From NCBI GenBank assembly GCA_012519425.1, contig JAAYQF010000011.1:10658-74657 (forward strand): DNA of 64,000 bases, in the 5' to 3' direction. Source of the stretch: Bacteroidales bacterium. GTDB taxonomy: Bacteria; Bacteroidota; Bacteroidia; Bacteroidales; Paludibacteraceae. Made by a program: the position numbers and the translations under genes. Under the pieces are notes generated by a model that saw nothing but the letters and a program-made list of their open reading frames with translations, had not been told where the DNA came from and made no database searches. Positions 29,085 to 39,063 of this stretch are shown in pieces; within the stretch, counting starts at the first letter, position 1, and every line of letters begins with the position of its first letter.

Positions 29085-29113
29085 GACAATCAATCGGGAT
29101 TCTTAAATCAGGA

Positions 29114-29866
29114 ATGCGCTATTTCATTTATTTCGCTTACGACGGTTCAGCTTATCATGGATGGCAGATCCAGCCCAATGGAATTTCTGTACAGGAGGTA
29201 TTCACGCAGTCAATTCGTGTCATCCTTAGGGAGAAAACCGTAATAACTGCTGCCGGACGTACCGATGCGGGTGTGCATGCAAAAAGGATGGTAGCGCATT
29301 TTGATTCAGAGCGAACAGATTTGAATTCTGAAGGATTTGTCCGTCAATTGAACAGCCTCTTGCCCAAAGATATTGCCGTTCAGAAAATTGTACCTGTGAA
29401 GGAAAATGCTCATGCACGTTTCGATGCCTTGACACGTAAATACGAATATCGTATCTATTACGGAAAAAATGTTTTCAAGGATAAGTTTGCTGTCAGGATG
29501 TATCATTCTCTGGACTTCGAGCAGATGAATACGGCTGCTCAAAGGTTATTGGAATACAAAGACTTTACGAGTTTCAGTAAATTACATACTGATACCAAAA
29601 CCAATGATTGTAAGATAACCCGGGCCTTTTGGCAATCCTGCGGAGACGAATGGGTGTTTACGATAGAAGCAGACCGGTTTTTACGCAATATGGTGAGGGC
29701 AATTGTCGGTACATTGTTCGACGTCGGTATGGGAAAGATGAGTGTGAATGATTTTTGTAGCATCATCGAAGCCAAAGATCGTTGTCGGGCAGGAGTTTCT
29801 GTCCCGCCTCACGGACTGTATTTGGTTGATGTAAGTTATCCGGAAGAGATTTTTCTGCTGAGCTAA
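29114..29866 (+). CDS. truA: tRNA pseudouridine(38-40) synthase
   Basis: YDGSAYHGWQ, AGRTDAGVHA, RFLRNMVR. Confidence 0.97.
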   Translation: MRYFIYFAYDGSAYHGWQIQPNGISVQEVFTQSIRVILREKTVITAAGRTDAGVHAKRMVAHFDSERTDLNSEGFVRQLNSLLPKDIAVQKIVPVKENAHARFDALTRKYEYRIYYGKNVFKDKFAVRMYHSLDFEQMNTAAQRLLEYKDFTSFSKLHTDTKTNDCKITRAFWQSCGDEWVFTIEADRFLRNMVRAIVGTLFDVGMGKMSVNDFCSIIEAKDRCRAGVSVPPHGLYLVDVSYPEEIFLLS

Positions 29867-29985
29867 AACAATGGAGAGGAGGGGGATTTATAACAAAATC
29901 CGAATTTTATATCATCCCTTTTGAATATTAAAATAAATTATTGTATCTTTGCAACCCAATTTAAAGATAAAAATTACTTGAAGAT

Positions 29986-30246
29986 ATGAAAAGCGGAATT
30001 CATCCAGAAAATTATCGTCCTGTTGCGTTTAGGGATATGTCGAATGGCGACACTTTCATTTCACGCTCTACCGTTACTACAAAAGAAACTGTCGATATTG
30101 ACGGTGTCACTTATCCTTTGTATAAACTCGAGATTTCAAGTACATCTCATCCGTTTTATACCGGTAAAACGAACCTGGTTGACACTGCCGGTCGCGTAGA
30201 TAAGTTTATGAGTCGCTACGGTAAACGCATGGAGAAGAAAAAATAA
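29986..30246 (+). CDS. rpmE2: 50S ribosomal protein L31 type B
   Basis: [28 protein letters not shown]; no zinc-binding cysteines; -7 box TATCTTTG at 29944-29951. Confidence 0.96.
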   Translation: MKSGIHPENYRPVAFRDMSNGDTFISRSTVTTKETVDIDGVTYPLYKLEISSTSHPFYTGKTNLVDTAGRVDKFMSRYGKRMEKKK

Positions 30247-30273
30247 GAATTTTTCCGGATCACATATATAATG

Positions 30274-30311
30274 AAGGGAAGTCAAACAAAATGAATTTGA
30301 CTTCCCTTTTT
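30274..30311 (+). terminator. Intrinsic terminator of rpmE2
   Basis: AAGGGAAGTCAAA...TTTGACTTCCCTT followed by T run. Confidence 0.8.
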
Positions 30312-30315
30312 GTGT

Positions 30316-30440
30316 GAGGCTGTCTCAAAATATTCAGCTAAAGTGTCTTACGTTAAATTTAACTTTAAACTAAGGCCGAGCATTACGCACCGCTGAACCC
30401 GGACCGCGGAACACAGCAGTTAGGCGCTTATGAGACACCG
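30316..30440 (-). mobile_element. MITE-like element M2 with terminal IRs and an internal heptamer tract
   Basis: GAGGCTGTCTCAAAA ... TTATGAGACACCG; internal minus-strand TGTTCCG CGGTCCG GGTTCAG CGGTGCG. Confidence 0.6.
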
Positions 30441-30444
30441 TTTT

Positions 30445-33342
30445 TTATAAGATAATCTTAATCGTTTTATTTCCGGATTTAATGAGGTAGATTTCTCCCG
30501 GTTTTAAATTTTGTATCAAAACCATCTGACTGTCTGACTCAATTTGTCGGATCAGAATTCCTTCTAAAGAGTATATGTAAACCGATTGGTTGTTTTCAGT
30601 ATGTTCTCCCTTATTTAGGATGATGTTTTTATGGGTGTCAACGCATACCGACCATGCATCTTTGTCTTTATCTTTGTTTGTGAATTGGGTAATTCCTTCT
30701 TGACTTAACAATACTTCCACCAAAGGAGAGGCAGAGGTTATATTTTCATATCTGACAGAATTATTCAGATTATACACTTTGTTACTGGCCTTTACAAAAT
30801 AGTAATATTCTCTGCCGGGGATGAGCATGTCAACGAAAGTTGATGTTTCTGTGGTCCAGTAATTTCTAAAATTAAATTCTATTTGTTGGGCAAACCGGAC
30901 GGAAACATCGTCTATATTTACATATCCCACTCTTTTTTCAAAGGATATTCTAAATTGATTGTAACCTTCAACTTCAGAGAAGGAATATTCTTGGGTACCA
31001 TTTGAAGGTGAAAATATCGGAATTCTTTCAAGTAGCACCCAGTCTTCCTGGTTCCTGCGAGCTTCAACAACTACAGTTCCTGAGGTTGCACCCACAGATC
31101 GCATGTAAAAAGAGAATCCGGTAAGGGGAAAGAGGTATTTTTCTGTCTGAATGAAATCACCCGTTTGAGTGAATTGTATGGACGGACTTGATGCACCGGC
31201 ATATCTGTCATTATCATCTAAGCTTGATGCCTTGATGATCCAGTCAATAGGCGCAGTCAAACCATTGTCGAATGCTTCAGTGAGCGATGATGACCCTTCT
31301 TTAACATTATAAACAGTCAGGTAATATCCGGTAGCACCTTGTACAGCATTCCAGCTTGCCGTGAAACCATCTATTGTCGTCAATGTGATTTGCTCTTCAT
31401 TGATGGTTGGTGCTTTGATGGGCGGTGGTGTTGATATGCCGGAAATAACTTGCTGTTCCAGATCAGCTTCGTCGGATTGTATGTTCAGATATTCAAAATG
31501 CGTATCGTCTAAAGAAGCATGCGTGGGATTATAACGTATCAGAATAACGGTATTTTCAACTACAGAGTCTGTGGCAACGAGTTCTATGCTTTTTGTCCAT
31601 GTATCTGTGGGATCATTTTTCTCCTGAAGTTCAAAATTTTCATTGAATTCAAAATTGATGATGATATTGGATTTTAAGTGCTGTCCGCTTACAGTAAACT
31701 CCTGTGGCTCGGAAGGAATTCCAGCCTCAGTAGAAAAAGGTATTAAGAGATGATGGTTGGTGTTGATGACAGGAGGAAGGCCACCTCCCATGAAGTCAAA
31801 CGTAATTAATTCTCCCATCTGTCTGATATTGGTGACAGGTTGGCCTATATCCGTACCATCCCTTAACATAGGATTGAAACTGGTAATATTGGCAGACCCC
31901 GGAAACGGATCACCGGCCAATGTTTTTTTGTCGGCTATGCCATCTGCTTCCATGATGTCCACACCCATTTCATCTTTATTGTTGTTGGGCGAATTGTTTC
32001 TCCAGGTGGCAGCATTGTAATTAATTCTTGTAATTAGCATGCCGCTGTTTGGTAAGAAAGTGTCCCAACCTGTCTTTTGTCGGTTTTCCAATATGAAAAA
32101 TTCTTTGGGATTTGGATTGTCTCCCTCCAAATTATGGAGGCCTGTTTGGCTGATTAAATAGGCTTTGTTAGTTGATTGTAATTCCGGCAAAGAAACCCCG
32201 CGGGAAGATTTTAAAATGGTCGGGGTCAGCCATCCCAAATAAAACCTGTCGTATGCAGAATGAGTTGGGGGAGTACGACCTTCATTCAAATACGCGCCGT
32301 CATCCATGATGCTCCACATGGATAAAGTATGGTGTTCTCCGCCATCAGTTGCGTAATAGTCAACAAGCCCATAAACATGACTAAATTCATGGGCAAAAGT
32401 TCCTATGCCACACATGATTGTGCCTTTGTTGCCTCTTAGCTCTGAACTGCAGGCATATCCTTTTACCCGTACCCCATCAATGGTCAAACGCCTCTCTAGC
32501 TCCCAGCGGTGCGGCCAAACTGAATTTTCCGGACCTCCTTCAGCTTCATTGTATCCTGCATAATAGACAAATACATTGTCAACAATGCCGTCTCCGTCTG
32601 TATCAAATTGAGAAAAATCAACTCCATCGGATGCCGCAAGGTTGCAAGCATCAATAACCATTTGTCTTGGATTTTTGTCATCTCCGTTTTTATCATTGGC
32701 TCCGTAGTATGCCATGCTGTCGGGTAAGGTGTAAGGACCTACTACTATAAAATCGGGAGAGGATACACCATTTGATGCTGCTATAAAATAATCCCTTGCC
32801 GAACCAGTGCCTCCGTTTTTCCTGTATCCCTCTTCATTCAGCAGGTTGGTAAAGGCAATTTGAGGTTCAGGAACTTTGAATTTGACATCTTTGAAATTTA
32901 CGAGAATGACTAAGGATTGTGGCGAACCTGTTTTAGGAAAGCTGCTGGTCAATTCCGATGCTGCAGGAATTTTTTGCATTTTTCTTTCCTGTCTTACCCG
33001 ACTGAAATCCGGGAATGGAATTTCATTTTTTAAGAAATCACGTTCTTGCTGCGTCCGTTTTTCAATGGGGTTGACCCTTATGTCGGTAATACTGATGTTG
33101 CCTGCTTCGTCTTTTATAGCATGATGATAAAAACCTTGTGGGTTGCGTTTGATTAAATATCCGTCGGTTGTCAGTTCATATTTGAAAAATTCGTCGCCCC
33201 GCAAACAGATGGTTAGCTCGCTGCCGTCCGGCTGGACCTTGGTCACAGGATAAGGTATTGCAGGTACTGCATGGACTTGTATGCTGTTTGCAAAAAGAAA
33301 AACAGCAATCATCAATTTATATATGGAAAGAGTTGTTCTCAT
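30445..33342 (-). CDS. M6 family (immune inhibitor A-like) metalloprotease with FN3 and T9SS-type C-terminal domain
   Basis: Signal peptide, QPDG propeptide, HEFSHVYGLVDYY (HExxH), C-terminal VYIYSLEG...KIIL. Confidence 0.9.
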   Translation of the reverse strand: MRTTLSIYKLMIAVFLFANSIQVHAVPAIPYPVTKVQPDGSELTICLRGDEFFKYELTTDGYLIKRNPQGFYHHAIKDEAGNISITDIRVNPIEKRTQQERDFLKNEIPFPDFSRVRQERKMQKIPAASELTSSFPKTGSPQSLVILVNFKDVKFKVPEPQIAFTNLLNEEGYRKNGGTGSARDYFIAASNGVSSPDFIVVGPYTLPDSMAYYGANDKNGDDKNPRQMVIDACNLAASDGVDFSQFDTDGDGIVDNVFVYYAGYNEAEGGPENSVWPHRWELERRLTIDGVRVKGYACSSELRGNKGTIMCGIGTFAHEFSHVYGLVDYYATDGGEHHTLSMWSIMDDGAYLNEGRTPPTHSAYDRFYLGWLTPTILKSSRGVSLPELQSTNKAYLISQTGLHNLEGDNPNPKEFFILENRQKTGWDTFLPNSGMLITRINYNAATWRNNSPNNNKDEMGVDIMEADGIADKKTLAGDPFPGSANITSFNPMLRDGTDIGQPVTNIRQMGELITFDFMGGGLPPVINTNHHLLIPFSTEAGIPSEPQEFTVSGQHLKSNIIINFEFNENFELQEKNDPTDTWTKSIELVATDSVVENTVILIRYNPTHASLDDTHFEYLNIQSDEADLEQQVISGISTPPPIKAPTINEEQITLTTIDGFTASWNAVQGATGYYLTVYNVKEGSSSLTEAFDNGLTAPIDWIIKASSLDDNDRYAGASSPSIQFTQTGDFIQTEKYLFPLTGFSFYMRSVGATSGTVVVEARRNQEDWVLLERIPIFSPSNGTQEYSFSEVEGYNQFRISFEKRVGYVNIDDVSVRFAQQIEFNFRNYWTTETSTFVDMLIPGREYYYFVKASNKVYNLNNSVRYENITSASPLVEVLLSQEGITQFTNKDKDKDAWSVCVDTHKNIILNKGEHTENNQSVYIYSLEGILIRQIESDSQMVLIQNLKPGEIYLIKSGNKTIKIIL

Positions 33343-33372
33343 TTCAGAACGCGAAGATAGACAATTAATTTT

Positions 33373-34500
33373 TCAAAAGGACACCTTGTTGTTTTTAGTC
33401 GAATATTTGTTTTGAGACAGCCTGTTGATTGCTTCCAATAATATTTTTTCTTCCTGTTCCCAGCAATACAGTTTTTTGACTGTATCAAAATGTGTTGTAT
33501 CCATTGGGTTCTCCAACATAGCCTGGATGGTTGCCGCTAATTTATGCGGTTCATACTCATCTGTCAAAATGCCTGTGTGGTGTTTTTTTACGATTTGCAC
33601 TATCTCCGGAAATGGACTTGCCAGGATGGGTACATGGGCATGTAAATAGGCAAAAACCCTGTTGGGCAGGGAGTAATAATAGCTTAACCCTTTGTTTTCC
33701 AACAAGCACAGGCCTATGTCTCCCGATGAGGTATAGCTTTGTAATTCTTTTCCCGAAACTTTCCCGTGAAAGATCACTTTCGATTCCAATCCAAGCATTT
33801 TTACCTTTTGCTTTAGCTCCATGAGCAAGTCTCCGTCACCTATAATGTACAGAACAGCATCTTTTATATATGGCATGGCATTAATTACCCATTCCAATCC
33901 CCTGCCCATATTGACGGCTCCCTGATACAAAATGATTTTTTTATCCGGTACAGTGATTTTCCGCTCTGTTGGCAGCTCCGAAAGATGAGGAACATTTCTG
34001 AGTACTTGCATGTTGATGCCGTATTTATTCTGATAATAGTCAGCAATAGAATCACATACAGTAAAGGATGTATTGAGGTGTGGAAATATAAGATCTTCAA
34101 TTTTTGTCCAAAACTTTTTGACGAATGGTCTGTCCCGGAGTTCCGGTGTTTCCGGGAAAAGTTCATGAGCATCGAAGATCAACTGTTTTTTTCTGATTTT
34201 GGAGGCGAGGAAACAGGCAGGAAGGGTGTCTGTATCGTTGGCGTAATAAATATCAGCTTTTGAAAAAAGCAAATACAGAAACAAACGGATATTCAGTTCA
34301 GCGTAAAATAAAAAAGACCGATTGAAGAGCAAACGCAATCTTTTATGAGGAAATACTATCCGGCTGTTTAAGGTGTTTTTTCGTCTTCTGCCTATTAAAA
34401 ATACCTCATATCCATGCTTAAATAATGAACCGGATACTTTCAACACACGCTGGTCCGTTACGAGATCGTTTGATACAGCTATCAGAATTCTTTTGCCCAT
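33373..34500 (-). CDS. Glycosyltransferase family 4
   Basis: VSNDLVTDQRV, YQGAVNMGRGLE, SLPNRVFAYLHA. Confidence 0.9.
   Translation of the reverse strand: MGKRILIAVSNDLVTDQRVLKVSGSLFKHGYEVFLIGRRRKNTLNSRIVFPHKRLRLLFNRSFLFYAELNIRLFLYLLFSKADIYYANDTDTLPACFLASKIRKKQLIFDAHELFPETPELRDRPFVKKFWTKIEDLIFPHLNTSFTVCDSIADYYQNKYGINMQVLRNVPHLSELPTERKITVPDKKIILYQGAVNMGRGLEWVINAMPYIKDAVLYIIGDGDLLMELKQKVKMLGLESKVIFHGKVSGKELQSYTSSGDIGLCLLENKGLSYYYSLPNRVFAYLHAHVPILASPFPEIVQIVKKHHTGILTDEYEPHKLAATIQAMLENPMDTTHFDTVKKLYCWEQEEKILLEAINRLSQNKYSTKNNKVSF
33380..33424 (-). repeat. Isolated IR end of the GGCTGTCTCAAAA type inside the GT4 3' end
   Basis: Minus strand CAGGCTGTCTCAAAACAAATATTCGACTAAA versus GAGGCTGTCTCAAAATATTCAGCTAAA at 30316. 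Confidence 0.55.
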
Positions 34501-34504
34501 TTGA

Positions 34505-35821
34505 TTACAATTCTTTTTGTAAATATTTCAACACATCCTTATAAAGTGTTCTATGATAGGAATTGACGTTTTTTTCAACGGAATTATTGTGCCACAAAAA
34601 ACTGATTTCTCCGTGGGCATTGCGTACAGTGTTAATTAATCTCTTACAATATTGGAAGGCTTCATGGGCGTTCATGAACATGTATTTTTTTTCGCTGAGC
34701 GTTACGTCCATGATGGTCAAGTGGTGCAAACGCAGATTTGTAAGTTTTTTTTCTATAGGGTTGATCCATCGGACTTCCCGGCAAGTTCCCAATCTAAATC
34801 CCGCCATGTCGGCATATCCCATGCTGAAATCATCTGTAATTCCGCTGTTGATGTGATATTCGAAATCTTCAGGTTCCCTGTTGTTTAAAAAATGACTTCT
34901 GCTGTAATTAATTTTGAGGCGCGTAAATTTTTCCAGACGCTTTTTTTCTTCGGCGATCAGTGTGGGATTACAACCCGCTTCATAACTGGTGTGTAAACCA
35001 ATGGTAATTTTCTTTCTCCTGATATATCGAATCAATTGTTTGTAGTCCGGATGTGCTAAATTAACTATAGGTTTATCTTCCTTCCTCTTGCTGTTGTGAG
35101 ATCGGATAAAAGTGATAATTTCACAACCTTCCTTACTCATTTTTTTTTGAAGCTCGGTATCTAATTTAAAAAGATACGGAAAGGTGTACCAAGGGTCAAA
35201 AATCAATCCTCCAAAATAACTTTTAATAGCCTGTTTAGCTTCTTTTGGTCGCCTGATACCTCGCAGAATTCCGCCCATCATGCCGCGGATGCTTCTGTAA
35301 TGAGCCAGTTGGTCAACATCATGCGTTAAGTAGACTTTGTTTATTTTACGAGGGGGGTCGTTGACTTCAATTCCTGTTTCCCTTAATTTCTGTCGCAGTA
35401 TTGCCCCCCATTCCTCAATGATGGGGCGGTCAATAAAGCCCGCCCTGTAGGGTAAAGACTCTTTGCCCGGAAATCGTCGGTGAGCATCACGAACGTCACG
35501 ACGCACCATTTCCTCATATCTTGAGATGAGGAAGTAGGTGCCTGCAACAATATCCGCATGTAATACAAGCGTATTCCCAACCATTTCCTCAGTAGGTTCC
35601 CCAAAAAGAACGGGTGTCTCTTCCCACAATTTGAGTGGTAGTTTCGGGAGACTGTCTTGTGTTCCGTAAATTCCATCTTCAAAGAATTCTGAAGGTTTGA
35701 TGACCAATTTATATTGAGCATAATCTTCTTCTTTTGAAGTATAACCGATTAATTCGGCAATATCTTCAGAAACATGGTCCCCAACCAAAAACCTAATGAT
35801 GTATTTAATAATTTCTTCCAC
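34505..35821 (-). CDS. Polysaccharide deacetylase-like protein (DUF7033 N-terminus)
   Basis: FLISRYEE, LTHDVD, IGLHTSY, RSHFL, MGYADMAGFRLGT; GTG start; paired with GT4. Confidence 0.8.
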   Translation of the reverse strand: MEEIIKYIIRFLVGDHVSEDIAELIGYTSKEEDYAQYKLVIKPSEFFEDGIYGTQDSLPKLPLKLWEETPVLFGEPTEEMVGNTLVLHADIVAGTYFLISRYEEMVRRDVRDAHRRFPGKESLPYRAGFIDRPIIEEWGAILRQKLRETGIEVNDPPRKINKVYLTHDVDQLAHYRSIRGMMGGILRGIRRPKEAKQAIKSYFGGLIFDPWYTFPYLFKLDTELQKKMSKEGCEIITFIRSHNSKRKEDKPIVNLAHPDYKQLIRYIRRKKITIGLHTSYEAGCNPTLIAEEKKRLEKFTRLKINYSRSHFLNNREPEDFEYHINSGITDDFSMGYADMAGFRLGTCREVRWINPIEKKLTNLRLHHLTIMDVTLSEKKYMFMNAHEAFQYCKRLINTVRNAHGEISFLWHNNSVEKNVNSYHRTLYKDVLKYLQKEL

Positions 35822-35861
35822 TTCAATGCTTAATATAAGTTCTTATTGCCTGCAAATTCAC

Positions 35862-36004
35862 ACTTTCTTCATTTTTTTGTCTTGACCGAAGCAAAAAAAA
35901 GTCAAGACTGTGCCCGCTTCGCTCGAGAAATTAACTTCATAATTTGCAATCTTCCGACCTCGGAACCCGCTACCCCGGAACCCGGAACGCGGAACTCGCT
36001 ACTA
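35862..36004 (-). repeat. Repeat-system locus E3: heptamer tract plus shortened pseudoknot module
   Basis: Abuts the uvrA stop; 35903-35924 matches 14910-14931 at 21/22 nt. Confidence 0.85.
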
Positions 36005-38857
36005 TCAACTGCCTTCTAACTCCCTCTTCAAATATTCCCCCGTTTTACTGTTGGGGTTATTAGCGACTTCCTGAGGTGTTCCGGAACAAATAATTTGTCC
36101 TCCCTCTCGTCCGCCGCCCGGACCTATATCAATAATATGGTCGCAAACCTTGATAACATCCATATTATGTTCTATGATGATTATCGTATTCCCCCTGTCT
36201 GTCAAACGATTCAAAACGGATAAAAGTACGCGGATATCTTCAAAGTGCAACCCTGTTGTTGGCTCATCCAGTAAATACAAGGTGTTTCCAGTGTCTTTTT
36301 TCGAGAGTTCCGCCGCTAGCTTTACGCGCTGGCTCTCGCCTCCGGAGAGGGTTGTGCTTGGTTGTCCCAGTTTAATGTATCCTAATCCGACTTCTTTTAA
36401 AGTTTTTATTTTATTTAAAATTCTAGGTTGATTCTCGAAGAAATCAACGGCCTGATTGATTGTCATGTTTAGCACGTCGGCAATGGATTTCCCTTTGAAT
36501 CTGATTTCCAGAGTTTCTTTGTTATATCTTTTCCCTCCACAACTTTCGCAAGTTACATGCACATCGGGCAGAAAATTCATTTCGATGGTTTTGTAACCAT
36601 TGCCACTACATACTTCACAGCGCCCTCCGACGGTGTTGAAGGAAAATCTTCCGGGTTTATAAGCGCGGATTTTAGCTTCCGGTAAAGATACAAATAGATT
36701 TCTTATCTCGGAAAAGACTCCGGTGTAGGTTACCGGATTGGAACGTGGTGACCTTCCTATGGGGGATTGATCGACCATAACAACCTTGTCGATATTCTCA
36801 ATGCCCTCCACTGATCGATAGCCAAGAGGATCTTTCAAAGAGGAGTAGAAATGCTGACTTAAAATAGGCTGTAAGGTGCTGTTGATCAGTGTTGATTTTC
36901 CGCTTCCCGATACACCGGTCACACAAATCATTTTACCTAAAGGAAAGCTTACGTCAATATTCTTCAGATTGTTTCCGCAGGCACCTTTGATGGTTAAAAG
37001 TTTACCGGATCCGGGACGTATCTTCGATGGGATCTCGATTTTTTCTTTACCGTTGAGATAAGATGCCGTGAGTGAATTCGATTTTAAGATGCCTTCCGGA
37101 CTGCCGGCATAAACCACATTGCCGCCAAGTCGCCCCGCACCCGGACCTAAATCTATTAAAAAATCAGCCGACAGCATCATTTCCTTGTCGTGTTCCACAA
37201 CGATGATGGAGTTACCGCTGTCGCGCAACTGCTTAAGTGATTTGATCAACTTTTGATTGTCACGCTGGTGTAGTCCGATGCTCGGTTCATCCAGGATGTA
37301 AAGCACATTGACTAATTGGGTCCCGATCTGTGTTGCCAAACGAATGCGTTGACTTTCACCCCCGGACAATGAATAAGAATTTCGGTTCAAAGATAAATAG
37401 TCCAGGCCTACATTAATCAAAAATCGAAGGCGCTGTTTGATTTCTTTTAAAATTTCGACGGCTATGGTCCTTTGTTTTTCTGACAAATATTGCTCCACTT
37501 GGGATATCCATTCATGTAATTCATCTATATCCATTTTGGCCAATTCAGCAATATTTTTGTCGTGAATTTTAAAATATAAAGATTCTTTTTTTAGTCTCGT
37601 ACCTTTACATGCCGGACAAATAATTTCTTGAGAAAACTGATTTGCCCATTTTTGCTCAGTGGCAGATGCATCCCGATCTTGCTGCATCTCAATGTATTTG
37701 ATGATGCCGTCGTAATTGAGAAAATAATTTGAATCACCCAAAGATTGATTTTTGATTTTCAATCTTTCGTCAGTTCCATTCAGAATCTCATCCATTGCCT
37801 CTTTTGGTATTTCGGTTACCGGCATCTTAATATGACAGTCATATTTCTCCAGGATTGCCTCAATCTGCCAATATATAACCGAGTTTTTATGTTTTCCCAA
37901 TGGAACAATGGCGCCGTTATAAATGCTGAGAGATGGATTTGGGATGATTTTTTCAATGTCAATTTCGTTGATAAAGCCTAAGCCTTTGCAAGTCGGGCAA
38001 GCTCCGTGGGGTGAATTGAAAGAGAAATTATGCGGTGCGGGTTCGTTGTACGAAATACCGGTGGTCGGACACATCAGGTTCTTACTGAAGTACCTGATTG
38101 AGTCAGCTTCAACATCCAATATCATGATGATGCCATCACCCTGTTGCATACCTTGCTTTAATGATTTTGAAAGACGTTGTCGATTGCTGTCCTGCACAAT
38201 GATCCGGTCGATTACCAACTCAATATCGTGGATTTTATACCTGTCAACTTTCAACCCATAGCTAAGTTCTTGTATGTCACCATCAATGCGTACATGCAAA
38301 TAACCTTTTTTACGGGTGGTTTCAAATAATTCTTTGTAATGTCCCTTGCGTCCTTTTACCAAGGGAGCTAAGAGCATGATTTTTTTACCTTTATACTCTT
38401 TGGCGATAAGTTCAAGAATTTGCTCTTCAGAATATCTGACCATTTTCTCTCCGGTAAGGTAGGAAAAGGCCTCACCTGCACGTGCATATAACAACCTGAG
38501 AAAATCATAAATTTCAGTGGTCGTTCCCACCGTAGAACGAGGATTTTTGTTGGTTGTTTTTTGCTCGATGGAAATGACGGGGCTTAGTCCGGTAATCTTA
38601 TCAACATCCGGTCTTTCCAAATTGCCCAAGAAGTTACGGGCATATGCCGAAAAAGTCTCTATGTAACGACGTTGCCCCTCGGCGTATATCGTATCGAAAG
38701 CCAGGGAAGATTTGCCGCTGCCGCTCAGTCCGGTTATGACAGTCAGCGCATTGCGGGGTATGGATACATTGATGTTTTTTAAGTTGTGAACACGGGCACC
38801 GGTGACCACTATTTCACCTGACCTGTCTGTTTTTTCTATGTCTGTATTTTGTTTCAA
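36005..38857 (-). CDS. uvrA: Excinuclease ABC subunit A
   Basis: Two ABC modules (GLSGSGKSS, GVSGSGKST), LSGGE signatures, zinc fingers; -7 box TACCTTTG at 38890-38897. Confidence 0.97.
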   Translation of the reverse strand: MKQNTDIEKTDRSGEIVVTGARVHNLKNINVSIPRNALTVITGLSGSGKSSLAFDTIYAEGQRRYIETFSAYARNFLGNLERPDVDKITGLSPVISIEQKTTNKNPRSTVGTTTEIYDFLRLLYARAGEAFSYLTGEKMVRYSEEQILELIAKEYKGKKIMLLAPLVKGRKGHYKELFETTRKKGYLHVRIDGDIQELSYGLKVDRYKIHDIELVIDRIIVQDSNRQRLSKSLKQGMQQGDGIIMILDVEADSIRYFSKNLMCPTTGISYNEPAPHNFSFNSPHGACPTCKGLGFINEIDIEKIIPNPSLSIYNGAIVPLGKHKNSVIYWQIEAILEKYDCHIKMPVTEIPKEAMDEILNGTDERLKIKNQSLGDSNYFLNYDGIIKYIEMQQDRDASATEQKWANQFSQEIICPACKGTRLKKESLYFKIHDKNIAELAKMDIDELHEWISQVEQYLSEKQRTIAVEILKEIKQRLRFLINVGLDYLSLNRNSYSLSGGESQRIRLATQIGTQLVNVLYILDEPSIGLHQRDNQKLIKSLKQLRDSGNSIIVVEHDKEMMLSADFLIDLGPGAGRLGGNVVYAGSPEGILKSNSLTASYLNGKEKIEIPSKIRPGSGKLLTIKGACGNNLKNIDVSFPLGKMICVTGVSGSGKSTLINSTLQPILSQHFYSSLKDPLGYRSVEGIENIDKVVMVDQSPIGRSPRSNPVTYTGVFSEIRNLFVSLPEAKIRAYKPGRFSFNTVGGRCEVCSGNGYKTIEMNFLPDVHVTCESCGGKRYNKETLEIRFKGKSIADVLNMTINQAVDFFENQPRILNKIKTLKEVGLGYIKLGQPSTTLSGGESQRVKLAAELSKKDTGNTLYLLDEPTTGLHFEDIRVLLSVLNRLTDRGNTIIIIEHNMDVIKVCDHIIDIGPGGGREGGQIICSGTPQEVANNPNSKTGEYLKRELEGS

Positions 38858-38934
38858 AATGATGTCTTGTCCGAAAGCCTGTTAACTTGCAAAGGTAATA
38901 TTTTTTACGTAGAGAATAATTGACCGAGTGTCGG

Positions 38935-38965
38935 TTTGTGATATCAATAAAAAATATTAACTTTG
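38935..38965 (+). promoter_or_regulatory. Bacteroidota promoter of rplY-pth-hslR
   Basis: TTTG-N19-TAACTTTG. Confidence 0.75.
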
Positions 38966-39063
38966 CCTCGCTTTTTTAACAAAGAAAAGTGTGATGGGAA
39001 ATTTAGCGACTAATCACTTAATAATCAACGCTAAAATTTTGAGTAACACATATAAAAAAACAA

